Below, piece by piece: positions 12,849 through 27,750 of a DNA stretch of 64,000 bases. Made by a program: the position numbers and the translations under genes. The stretch comes from the human T2T-CHM13v2.0 reference genome, Homo sapiens. The first letter of the stretch is position 1. Each line of letters starts with the position of its first letter. The notes under the pieces were generated by a model. The model worked only from the letters and a program-made list of their open reading frames with translations. It had not been told where the DNA came from and made no database searches. The DNA is taken from NCBI RefSeq assembly GCF_009914755.1, contig NC_060928.1, one strand, 5' to 3'.

Positions 12849-15278
12849 GTCAAAAGTTTTATTCAAATAGAGTAATTTTTGAATCACATGTAGAAATATC
12901 ACAGCATCCTAAGCCAGCTAATTTATTTCCTATCATTCTGCTAGATTTAAGGGTTTTTTTTTAATGTACAGTAACCCAGTAGAATGTGTAAATTTCCAAA
13001 TGTCTTAAAACACACTTTAAAAGGCTATCGTTGTATCATATTTTTAAAAATGTTGCGATGTTATAGCATTCATTCTCAAACATATAATACCGGTGATTGA
13101 GTACCACAGCCTACACATTTGTATTCTCTGTGTCCTGGGGATTCAGACATGAATAAATGATCCATGTGTCTGCTTTGGCGGAACTCAGTGGATACTGACA
13201 GGTAAATGGGAGAACAGACCAGAAAGACACAAACGGCAGAGTGCTGTCTTGTAAAGACGAACAAAGGACTGGGATTGTGCCAGGCTGGGGCAGTGGTGCT
13301 CTTCACGTAGAAGCCCTTATTCAAACAGAAGCCTTATTTGGCTGGCTCTTAAAAGTGAATAGGAATATTCTGGACTAAGAAAGGGAAAGGATCCCCCAAA
13401 CAGATGGAAAAATATATACAACCCTATTTTGTGATTTAAAAATATGCTACCTCAACCGTCAATCTAATTTTGGAAATTAGATGTATATGTCTAAGATAAC
13501 GTGCATTAGCAATATGCAGCTATTTATTTTATTAGCATTACATTTTAAAAGAGAATGAAACAGATCTGAAAGTGTGTGTCAGTATTAAATATCCTGGTAA
13601 AGGGTTCGGTCCACAATTGCTGAAAGATTCAAGTCAATAGCATGATTCTTTTAAAGGGAAGTAAATCGGGGAAGGCTCCCTGGAGGAGGTGTCTTCGCCA
13701 GTTCTCACAGAACATTTGGGATTTGAGTGCAGGCTCTACAGGGAGAGCAGGGTGAGTATAGATAGTCCCCAATTTGCAAGATAACAACACAAGGGCCATG
13801 AACGTTTTTCTGATCCTGAACTATTTTCAGAGTATCTCTGCCAGTGTAATATACTAAAAAGAAAAAGGGATATTTTTCTGTCTATGCATTACAATAGTAG
13901 ATTGCTTTGTATTGGATTTGGGGTGTTTAAAGGGCCACCCTACCATAAATCCTTTGACATTTATATTTTCACATGATATAACATTTATGATTTTGGCAAT
14001 GAAGAATGAGTTTCACTCCAACTGCTAATAGCTCCCGTTAGTCTTTTTTAACTTAAAAGAAGAAAAACTAACAAGTTTCTGTCTCTCACAAACCAAAACA
14101 ATAGGCTCTTTCTAAAAAGCTGTCATCGAAAAAAATAAACAAGAGAAATCCTTATTAATGGTAAAGGAAGATTTTTGTGTGTGTTCCAAACTATTTTTAA
14201 ATGCCTTTCATCTTGGGGATCCTGTGACTGAGGGACTTGCTCTCCTTACTTTAATCAGTGAAGGAGAATGAGCTGGCCAGGGGGGCCTGGCTGGATGGAG
14301 GGTGGGACTCTGCTGCTGCGCAGGCCAGCCCGAGCCTGCTACATGCCAGTAAGTCAAGGTCGATATAATGATTTCTGAACAAAGAGATGAATGTCTTTGC
14401 CAATCCCCTTGGTGTTATCCAGACCACATCTTCCCTGCACTAACACGTAATTGTAAGTTTATTTTTTGCTAGTCTCTGTCTCTTCAAAGGAGGGCTGTAT
14501 TTAGGCAAAAATAATTATTAAGATGGAATTCACATTTGACTGTTGTTTCACTTTGCTGCTCAAAGGGAATTTTACCACCGCCCCATCTGCTTTGAAGATG
14601 GCAATAAAGTCAGCAAGTTATACTCTCTTCCTGAATTAGTTCCTAATTAATTTTGTATTTTAGATTTACTACCTGTCTTCCCTTCTCAGTTTAAAGCCCT
14701 CCCCTTACATCTGCTTCTCGCACAGTCCACGAGCCAAGAAGGCAGAGATAGTGCCAGCTATGAAAAGAAACAATAGCAATTAGGATGAAGTGGTGTTCGT
14801 TCCTTGAAGAAAGCTATGTGCTCAGCTGAAGGATAGTTAGAAAGCTCGCTTCATAGCCCTTATGTGAGGAAAAAGGATCTAGGGTGAGTGATTGTATTTC
14901 CAAGAGTTCAGCAGTCAGAGAACCTGCCTGCCAAACTGTTTAATCCTACTCTTATGTGTTCTTAGATTTAACAGGGTCAACTGGAATCGTTATTTGTTGG
15001 TGCATTTAAGGAGTACAAATGCATTTTATGTGAGCAAAGGGTTAACTGATTTGGGACTAGTGATGACATTTTTTGAGAAAGTGGGGAAACCTTAAGCATT
15101 TTTCCACCTGGTTTGGATCTGTGCAAGACTGCCTTCCAAAAAAAAGAAAAAAGTAAAGGCGTTGTTCTGGCTCTAATGGCATCGTGAAACCAGGAAGGAT
15201 GCGTTAGTCTCGGGAGACCCTGGGCCCTTCTGGCAATGACTCCTTTCACCTTCCCTCCCGCTTCCTCATACCCCGTAA

Positions 15279-17805
<2,527 letters not shown>

Positions 17806-17894
17806 TAATTAGCTTAGCTGCCGTGAGCTACCTAGGAAAACCTAATTTAATAAATATCAGCTGCTAAAACATTCTTATTGCCTGGTTTTCACTA

Positions 17895-18060
17895 TTCATT
17901 AATTCAATATTTAATATTCATTAATTCATTTGAGAGATACATAGTGAGTTTCTAATCTGTGTCAGGTATGTGGCAGGTGCTATGTACACACTAATCAATA
18001 AAATCCACATGGCTCCTGTCCTCATGGGATCTATGGGCTAGTAGTATATGATCATTATGC
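17895..18060 (-). mobile_element. L2 3' end
   Basis: (ATTC)n-like tail followed by TGTGTCAGGTATGTGGCAGGTGCT..CCTGTCCTCATGG. Confidence 0.6.
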
Positions 18061-18301
18061 GTAATAGACAATTAATATATTCAAAATAATGTAAGACAAA
18101 ATGTGCAGTGTGACATGTCTCCTGAAGGAAGGTAGGAACAAGCTTTTGAATAAAAGCATTCCCCACACATAGTATACTTTTCTCATCTTTCTTGAGGCTT
18201 GAGGGTGGGATGAGGATGATTTAAATACAAACAGAATTTCTCAAATCTTCTCTAAATGGCGAAATCTGATTTTGGATTAGAAAGTCATACTTCTTTCTGC
18301 C

Positions 18302-18577
<276 letters not shown>

Positions 18578-20555
18578 TCATACCTCTTTCTGTGCTAGTT
18601 TGAAGAGCACATTCCCAGGAGGGGCACTCACCGCACACCCTTGCGACAGTTTCAGGACTGGAATCAGCCCTGCATCGCCTTCAACAAATATTTACCCGGT
18701 GCCTACAGACATCGGCCCGGGGACTGGGAATAACAGACGTCAGGAAGATTTTCAATGTCATAGTTTGAAATATAAATGATCTCTAGCAGCAATTCATTTG
18801 GCTAGAAAACCCAAATTATTAAAATATTCCATTCTCAAAGCAGTCTGTTAGTAAATCATATTTTCCTCCAGCACTTGCTTCTATCCTTAAAAAATGGCCA
18901 TGAACCATAGCAGTGGTTATGAATTCATTCATAATTTACTAGATAAAGGTCAGTTGCATTTTAAGACACATTAATTTAAATTATAACGTTAGTTGTAAAT
19001 TGGGATATTTTCCCAAATAAATGATCAGTAATATTTTAAACACAAAATTTTACCCTAAAACCCTAACAAAAGGCGGATTTCAAAGACCTGCAAAACACTC
19101 ACCTCATATAACCTTCTCACATACAGCATTTTAAATATTTGTGTTTAAATAGGACATACGTTTACAAACCTTCTTTTCACCCGTAAGAGAGTTAAAGATT
19201 TTGTGATATACTTGTTTGCTTAATTACGAGGAAAGCCGCAAATGTTTTAAATATAAATTTAACCTACTATGCTTTTCTTGGGTTTGGTGACCACAGTAAC
19301 ATTTTAGGAATTTTAAAATCCTTGGGCCATCAAAGTTTCACACAGTGACTGAAGCCATAGTTTGGGACTCAGTATACTAAAGAGTAAGTTCTCATCACTT
19401 ATGCATTTGAAATGTTAAAGACTTTATTTTGAATGCACTGAGGCATATTAAAAATAAAATGGAATTTTTTATGCTTTAGATACAGCCAAGGAGTTATGTT
19501 CAATGTCATTTTGAATTTTTCCCAAATCTGAGGAGGGAATCCCTCAGGTAACATTTGAAACATTTTGAGCACTTGTATTTCTAAAAGAGGTACTTAAAAT
19601 AAACAACCAAAAAAAAAAAAAAGCTTTTAAGCAAAAATAAATAAAAAAAAAGAATACAATGTTAGATATTCAAGAAGGAAATCCAAGATGATGATTGTAA
19701 AATATGGCAATATTGGGTCACTTTTTATTTTTAAGGTGATGACACAAATTGTATATTTGTTGTGTGTGAAACAATTGAGATATGTAAAAACAATTACTTT
19801 AAATATTATGATTTCTTACCCCACCTAGCAATGAAAAATAATTCAAGTATACTATGAAAAGCTTTATGCAGCAGACATATTTTATTCTGTTCTAGACATC
19901 CGTTAACAAAAATATGTGTTGAACTCTGCTGACATCTTTGATGGGTCTTCGGCACTGAATTATTTCTCAACACACGGAGCTAAATATACACTACTTTTAC
20001 TTTTGTTAAAAATATTGATTTAATGTTATGTTCCTGAAAATACATGACAGGAGCGATAGCAGAAGGGATGTGGCGGATGCAATATTTGCTCAGCAGAAAA
20101 GGCCTAAGTATTATTTTGCTGCTTCTGACAGCACTAAATGAAGATTTTTCAGATAAACAAACAAGCTACAGGGAAAGACATTTGGACAAAAATGTCACAA
20201 TTCCCATTAGTGAGCATAACAATGAAATGAAAAAATTACATTCTCTCATGATGCGGCTGTATAAAATAAATCTTAATAACCCCAATTGATGTTTTAAAAT
20301 ACAGAGAAAAAATAGAGACGACTATACTTAGAGTGGTGCTAGGAGATTCCAAGTTCCAGCAGATATGTTCTATCTATATTTGGGGCCAAGGAAAGGAAGA
20401 GAAATGAATTTCCTCTCTCCGTTAACTGTAGGTGCTATGGATTCCTGGGCATGTATATCTGTTTCTATCTCCATAGCATCAACAATGCTCACCCTTAAAG
20501 GATGAAGATGAAGTAAAAATCAAGTGCTCATCCGTTCCTATATGACCCTGCCAGG

Positions 20556-20875
20556 GGCTGGGCGGTGGTTCACGCCTGTAATCCCAGCACTTTGGGAGGC
20601 CGAGGCGGGTGGATCACAAGATCAGGAGATCGAGACCATCCTGTCTAACACGGTGAAACCCCGTCTCTATTAAAAATACAAAAAAATTAGCAGGGCGCGG
20701 TGGCGGGCGCCTGTAGTCGCAGCTACTCGGGAGGCTGAGGCAGGAGAATGGCGTGAACTGGGCGGCAGAGCTTGCAGTGAGCCGAGATTGCGCCACTGCA
20801 CTCCAGCCTGGGCAACAGAGCGAGACTCCGTCTCAAAAAAAAAAAAAAAAAGAAAAAAAAAAGAAAAAAAAAAAA
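20556..20875 (+). mobile_element. AluY
   Basis: Y diagnostics, long A tail, 12-bp TSD GACCCTGCCAGG. Confidence 0.97.
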
Positions 20876-20879
20876 GACC

Positions 20880-21362
20880 CTGCCAGGTTCTTGTTCCTGC
20901 CTCTCTCCCCGACCTCACTTCTTACTGCTATGGTCTAACTGGCCTAGACCAATGTCGCCTTAATTCATTTTCTTCAAAACTGCTTTTTCCTGCCTTGGGA
21001 TTTTCACAATTGATTTTATTTGTACTTGAGCCGTACACTTAGATATCCCCTTGGATTCAGGCTTTGGTTGTCAGTTCTCTGGGAAAGCGTTCTGATCTCG
21101 TCCTCTCTTGTGTAACACCAGCTCCTTAAGTTACTCTCTATTCTCACCATCACCCAGCCATCCACGTCACCCACCGCCATCTGAAATCATCTGCTGCTTG
21201 CTTTTCTGTGTGTTTCTTGGCTTTCTTGCCCTCATTAGCAGGTAAGCTCCATTAGAAATAGCATCTCTCCTCCCTAATTTGACCACCGTACTTACAATGT
21301 CTGCAATAGCATTGTGCCTGGCGTCAAGTAAGGAGCCAAGAGAGATTTTTACATGAATGAAC
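20880..21362 (+). mobile_element. L2 3' fragment (host of the AluY)
   Basis: Ends with GCAATAGCATTGTGCCTGGCGTCAAGTAAGG..ATGAATGAA, typical of an L2 3' end. Confidence 0.6.
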
Positions 21363-22684
21363 AACTCATCAATTTCACTGGTTGATCCAAAGTAATATGT
21401 TATCAGGAGGGCTAAGGAGGGAAAAAGAGTAGCAGCCACCATCACTGCACACTTTTAGGCCCTGGTATTCCCCCATAAACAACTCTAGGAAAAGAAACGA
21501 TTCTTTCCAGAGCATTGGGGAGTACCTTCATCTCTTCCTACAGTTTTTACCCCTGCAACTGTGTATCTTGAAATGGGAATCTCAAAAGGTAGGGAGCAAT
21601 TCTGGGGGTGAAAGTTCTAAATCTACAAAACCGCTCCAACTCTGTGGGCAGGAAACGATGGAGAACTGATCCAAGTCACAGCACCTCACTCTGGCCCCAC
21701 TGCATTTCACTTTGATGGGAATCTGTGTCTGAGAGGCACTAAAAGTGGGTGTGCTGCAGACAGCTATTTCTGTGCATCGAGCAATAAAACAGTGGGGCTG
21801 GCAAATGTGGACAGAAGTAATGCAAAACATTTTGGTCTGAACAGCCTGTTTGAGATGCTAATGATTTTCCTTGTTACTTAGATGACTGTGGAGAAGTTTA
21901 CAGCCATCCATCTCAAGTCAAAAACTACATTTACAGGGATCAATGACGCATAATAGACACGCTGCTTGGCACTGGATAAATTCTCATTCTCCAAAATCTA
22001 CAGCCTAAAAAGTCATCACGGAACATTTAAAAGAATTGCCCAGAATGCCCGGCTGTGTCTCTCATACTATGTGAAGCATGTTCAGAGATGTACTGTGCTG
22101 AAGAAGTGCAATGCACATGTTTAAAAAAGCGTTTACATATTCATGCAAGTGAATGTTTTTAGTTATCTTACAAGGAAAATTGAAAGTATATGTTATTGTG
22201 TGAGTTTCATCTAAACGTTTTACACAGATAGGCAAAATCCTTCTCTGAACCAGATCATGATAATTCTCAAAGTGTGAAGAGAAAAAAAAAAACCCTCCCC
22301 TTCTCCAACCTCTTTATCCTTTTAACCTACACCTCTCCTAATGCCCACATGGAAGCAGCTTTGCTTTACAAAGTGAAAGGTGGCGACTATAGCTGAATTG
22401 AAGCAACAGCTGTGGAGTGAGGAAAACAATATGCTTTCTCTTCCAGCAGCATCACCATAGTGTACTCACAAAGGTACCCTGACATAGCTGTTCCTCTCGC
22501 AGTAGTAGCAGGCTGGCTCTGAAATAGAGGCAGAAAGTCCCCCTGAAAAGGATGAATTCCCATGTGCACACCGAGGCTCCAAAGCACAACTCTAAATGAT
22601 CTAAATCAAAGGTTCATACAAACTAGTTTATGGGCCTGTGTGTACATACATCATACATACCAAGGACAAGAATGTACGTGGGAA

Positions 22685-22805
22685 GTTTTTGTTTTTGTAG
22701 AGACATATGTTGCCCAGGCTGGTCTCGAACTCCTGGGCTCAAGCGATCCTCCCGCCTTAGCTTCCCTAAGTGCTGGATTACAGGCATGAGCCACTGAGTG
22801 TAGCC
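22685..22805 (-). mobile_element. FLAM/AluJ left monomer
   Basis: TGTTGCCCAGGCTGGTCTCGAACTCCTGGGCTCAAGCGATCCTCCCGCC; monomer length only. Confidence 0.85.
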
Positions 22806-23083
22806 AGAAGATTTTTTTATAAATTAAATAACTTTCTAAAAGCTCCTTTATTTGAAGATTATATACTTTTTAATGTTTTGTGTTGCAAAGTGTACCCTTT
22901 TATGACATTATGGTGTCAGCAAGTGGTTTAAGTTTGGTTTTTACATTTCTTAATTGCCTTTCCCACATACCACAAGTGGGCAATGCCCATTGGTCATTAA
23001 ATGGTATTTTAGATCGTATTGATCCATCAAATTCCAAAATAGGGAGACTGCTGATTCACTTTTTAATCTTAGAATATCATTTC

Positions 23084-24195
23084 TTCTTTTTCGCTGAAAA
23101 TTGTTTATTAAAGTGTTAATGTTTTATATAGTTGGTTCAAAGTTTTTATGGAACTTAAAATCCTGAGTTGTTTCTCAATAATACAGATGTCTATAATATA
23201 GATGTTTGTAAAAACTATCACAGTTACAGATGCTTAACATAATTAGACTTCTCTTCTAAACTTCCATTTGTCAGATCAATGCTAACCTTTCACAGTTACC
23301 ACAAAGTTTGGAATTTACAAATTCCTATTTCTCCAGTTTTTATTAGTATATTTTAAACCCAAAAGAGAAAGCCAAAACCCCCATCAAAAGCCTTAATCTA
23401 AATCAACATTGAGAAACAGAGCAACGGAAGAAGCTCTTTTATTCATCAGAGAGGAAAAATTGAGAATATATTTACAATTTATTTTTCACTAAAGAAAATA
23501 TACTTTGTATTTAGAAAAATGAATGATTAATTTTCAGGAGCTGATTTTGGAGAATGCTCAATAAGTGCCTTAATAACAGATATTCATACTAGGGCCCATC
23601 TCCTCTGTCAGGTATTAATCTTCATATTTCCAGCTGCTTTAACTGTAATTCAGCCTTTTTGGCTTCGATCTGAATGACGGTCACTGCTCTTTCATAGTTC
23701 TTTTCAGGACTATTATGGAAACTGTGGGCAATCCGTCTTGATATAGGATGCTTATAGTATTCCCAATGTTCTGGGATATAGGCTTTTGGACTTTCTGCTA
23801 GTTCAGCTTCACCCATGCATCCATTCACCAAAGTTATGCAAGCTGCTGCTGGAATCCCAGTCAACAAAATGTGGAATTTCAATAAATTAAAACAAACAAA
23901 CAAACAAACAAACAAACAAACAAAACCTATCATTGAATCCAGAAAGTTTGATGGTAAACAATCTTTTCCCATGATCTCCCTTTCGAAAGCCACAGGTGAG
24001 AAGGTCTTGAATCTGAGCAGAGTGCCAAGGTGGCATCAGACAGAGCTGCCACCGCAGTGACCAAAGACCTTTGCAACAAACTCATGGCCACCAAGGCTGC
24101 GATGGGCAAAAGGAAGAAGCAGGGAGGGCAATGGGGCTGAGAGAGACAATTTACCACTGAAAGCAAAGGCGGAAAGTGGCCCTGTTGAGTGAGGC
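23084..24195 (-). pseudogene. NDUFB5P: Processed pseudogene of NDUFB5 (NADH:ubiquinone oxidoreductase subunit B5, SGDH)
   Basis: Intronless pieces match NDUFB5: [25 protein letters not shown] and [54 protein letters not shown]. The CDS equivalent is 24094-23527. Lesions: first ATG changed to TTG, frameshifts, premature TGA at 23622-23624. AATAAA at 23104-23109, decayed poly(A) at 23080-23091, TSD GAATATCA(T/G)TTC at 23072-23083 and 24196-24207. I cannot tell which numbered NDUFB5P copy this is. Confidence 0.95.
23888..23925. repeat. (AAAC)n microsatellite inside the pseudogene CDS
   Basis: About 8 AAAC units. Confidence 0.95.
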
Positions 24196-24489
24196 GAATA
24201 TCAGTTCATGATAAAAATATCTTTTACAGCTTCCTTCCCGATATCTGCTGATCACTTCACCTCACACCTTTTAAACAGAGAAACCCAAGCAGTCTATTTT
24301 CACTTCTCCAGCCTAAAAGCTGCTTCTTGTGCATGGCTTACACACAGACCCATTGCTTTTTTTAAAGAGTGATCACACCACTTTTAATTTTATTAGATTT
24401 TATGATGCAGTTTCAGTTTCAACGGCCCGAGAGAATGGGACATTTTTGAAGTTCTGTTCTATGAATCATCCTAAATGCAATAAGAATGT

Positions 24490-24700
24490 AGTGCTTTGCT
24501 TAATGAGTTTGTTAGGCTTTGGTGTTTGGTCCCCAAATTCATCTCTTGGTAACTGTGGGGTCCTGGACAGCATAGGAGACTCACTGGTATCTCTATCTCC
24601 AAGTCTAAAATGTGACGACCACAAGTCTCTACTTACCGTAACCTACCTCAGCCTTCCCAGTGCAACTTAGTTATCAATACACACAGGTCACCTGACACAC
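24490..24700 (+). mobile_element. Degenerate MIR
   Basis: Weak MIR core similarity (TAACTGTGGGGTCCTGGACAG..CTAAAATG..CCTACCTCA). Confidence 0.4.
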
Positions 24701-25799
24701 TGATTGTCTTCTGGGTGAGGCAGAGATATCCACACACTAAGACTTTATACCCGATAACATCAGATCATTGACATATTCTTCCATTTGAAGTTCAAATGTT
24801 TCACCGTGTGATTTTGGCTATGGGCTGTGTAAGGTGAATTTCTTGAGGACAAGGAACATATTTCCTCATTTGATATCCTCAGTACTTGGCATAGACCTGG
24901 TATGATTTTTGACTGAGGCAATGAATTCACAGAAAATAATTGTAAATCCTTTACTAGTGTGTCCTGGCTCTCCAGTCAACTCTCAAGCTCCAAGTATCCC
25001 TGTGGTTCTAGGGAGCTGAGTGTTTCAGGGTCAGAAGCACACATTTATGAAAACAACTTGCTTACAATAATGTTACAACGAAGCCTGTAATATCTTTCCC
25101 ATCTAAACACAGAACGCTTTTACAAGGAACTTTGAGTTCATGTTAATATAGCACCTCAAAGTAAGTACATCAGTCAAATGAAGTGGACTTTACCATTAAG
25201 ACTATACTGAAACATTTATGCATAATTAAAATTTTCAATTAAGGAATCATTTAAGGTGATTCTTAGATGATTCAGTAGATCTGATTTGCATAGAGGAGAT
25301 TTAAAATTACCCAAAGACACTGATTTGAAGGGAATTTGTACGTTGTGCTACGATCAAAATGACATAATTTCCAGTTTTAGTATTTTCCATTATCTATTGA
25401 AATGCCTCCTTTCTAAGAATGTCTATTTTTATATACTCTCCTGAAATGCTATCTTTTTTGGTAGGCACACTATCAACAAATGCACTTTCACAAAGCATAG
25501 CACTTTATGGGATTTAAATGAAGAAAGATAACACATTTATAAAAGCAATACATAGTAGTTGAGACCCAAATTTTGTTTTTGAATGTTAAGTATAATGACT
25601 CTACCAAGCAGATGTTTGTCATTAATAACAACAGCTCATGGTTAAATGTGGCATAAATGTCAATAGGGATCATTGTAGAACTAAAAATAAGAATGTAGAC
25701 TTACTAGAATCCAAGTGTTTTTTTTTTTCACCCTCACACAGTGAAACAATTAATCAGCACGTGAGTTGTAAAACAGAAAAGGAGAAAGGACAAACCTTT

Positions 25800-25960
25800 T
25801 ATTATGTAATTTCCAAATGCTATGCTTAGTATTTGCACACAATAATTTTTATCTCTTAACCTTCAAGATGCTTCCAAATAGATAATTTTTATCAAGGGTA
25901 AACTGAAGTTCAGGGAGTTTAAATTACTTTCAGGCAGTAAGTGGCAGAACCAGTATTTGT
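25800..25960 (-). mobile_element. MIR
   Basis: AAACTGAAGTTCAGGGAGTTTAAATTACTT..AGTAAGTGGCAGAACC. Confidence 0.6.
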
Positions 25961-26324
25961 TTGACACCACTTTTTATAATCTTTCCACTCATTTATGGTC
26001 TTCTGAGCAATTAATTGCCTCAATCTGAGAAATAAGAGAGTTCTGATTCAAGAGTAACCTTCCTTAAGCATGTAGAAAGGAGCAAAATGTTTTGTCAGCA
26101 GCGAGAATAAATTGTAATCAACAATGATAACAAATGTGGAAGGGGAGACATTTGTGTGTAAAGTATATCAAAGGTCTAAAATGCTTCAACAGACTGTAGA
26201 CTTGGAAAGGGCCAACGAATCTCATCACTTGCAGATCCTTGATGATTTTCAAGAGAGCAGTTTTGGTCCAGGGTTAAGCATGTACTAAATAATACAATAA
26301 GAAATTGGAAAAACTACTCCGTTT

Positions 26325-26490
26325 GAGGTCTTACTATATGCCAGACACTGCTAAAAGCTTGAAGCTTATGATATCTTGCCTCTGAATTATTAAAACCATT
26401 TTAGGGATGAAGAAACAAACTTAGAGAGGTAAGAAAAAAATACCCAAATACACCCAGCTAGTAAGTGTCAAAGCTGAGATGAACCTACAA
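26325..26490 (-). mobile_element. MIR
   Basis: CTTACTATATGCCAGACACTGCTAA..GATGAAGAAACAAACTTAGAGAGGTAAG..CAGCTAGTAAGTG. Confidence 0.65.
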
Positions 26491-27305
26491 CTGCCCTAAA
26501 TATAATTGAAATATTTTCAACAGTATCACCTTTGCCTCTCTAAGGGGTCCTTGAATAGCCCTTGAATAGTAAGACACAAAAGATCTAAAAGAGAAGAGAT
26601 CTAAGTGATGGAAGAAGATATGCAGGTGGGAAGTAGAGGGAAGGAAGAAGAGGGGCACAAGTGAAGGAGATTCTGGAGAGAGGGGAAGGGTTGAGTCATT
26701 TTCTGAGAGTTCAGGAATGGAGCGGAGAATAGTTGACATTCAGCACAGAAAAAAAAAATGCTGCCCTTGGAGACAGAAAAAAGAAAAACGTGGTTTTTTC
26801 AAAGACCCTCATCTTATCCTCCTTATTGCCCTGGGCAGTATTATTGCCCTGCCTTTCTGCCGCGATGCAGTCTCTGCCAGAAACAGTCCCCCACTCTGCC
26901 CAGCAAACATCAGGTTTTGACTGTACCTGCTATGTCTATGCATCCTGTCCCTGACTGCAGCAAAATGTTGGCTAACTTATAAAAACTGAATAAAATGCAA
27001 AAAGGGAATAATCATTAAATAAAAACCCTTTTTTTTCCCCTGTGGAGTCATGAATAAAAAAGAATTTTCTCACCTAACAGATGTGAGTCCTAATCTCATA
27101 ATTGTTCAACTGGCAAATTCACTGAATTAGAGAAATGCACACCTTGACCTGAGCAAAGGGGATGGGGCACATGTCCTTTTGACACAATGCATCCTGTACG
27201 GTGATGCCAAGGGAAGGCTCTAGAGCAGAACATGGGCAAATGGATGGGACAAGGCTTTCTCTTGCAGAGATTCTGGGTCTCTTAGAATGGGATGACTCTG
27301 TAGAC

Positions 27306-27450
27306 CAGTGCTTCTCAAAATTTAATTTGTATGTGAATCACCTGGAAATCTTGTAAAATGCAGATTCTGACTAAGTATGGGAGAAATGCCTGAGATCTTT
27401 CATATCTCACAAATTTATAGATGATGACAAAGGTGCTGATCCTCAGAAAT
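27306..27450. mobile_element. MER5A/B (hAT-Charlie)
   Basis: CAGTGCTTCTCAAAATTTAAT..GAATCACCTGGAAATCTTGTAAAATGCAGATTCTGA. Confidence 0.8.
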
Positions 27451-27524
27451 TGATTTGATTTGCAAGGCTGTGGAGAACCTTGCTCTGTTGCAGTTACCTT
27501 AATTGCCCACTTTAGATGCCAATC

Positions 27525-27750
27525 CACTGGGAGCAGCCTGCACTAGCTCATCATAGGCTGTATTTTACTCCTCTGCCTCTTTCTTGGATGCAAGCCACTC
27601 ATCCTGAGCCAATTCTACATGTCTCTTCTCAACCTCGTGTTCAGTGACATCACATTGGTAGCTTGAAAATGGCTCTGGTGGGAATATTTACACCATAGAA
27701 AGTAGCAAACACCACCCATCAAAACTTTTTTTTTTTTTACTAGCCCACTC
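27525..27750. mobile_element. MER63 (hAT-Blackjack)
   Basis: GTTCAGTGACATCACATTGGTAGCTTGAAAATGGCTCTGGTGGGAATATTTACACCA is a recalled MER63 hallmark. Confidence 0.7.

Noticed and set aside
23622-23993. 123-aa ORF with NDUFB5 similarity as a functional gene
   Set aside because: The N-terminus is out of frame with the parent, a microsatellite interrupts it, it ends at a premature stop and it has no targeting presequence. It is part of the pseudogene.
23426-24120. GGAAGAAGC at 23426-23434 and 24112-24120 as the pseudogene TSD
   Set aside because: The 12-bp repeat at 23072/24196 directly adjoins the poly(A) remnant and AATAAA and fits better. The 9-mer is probably chance.
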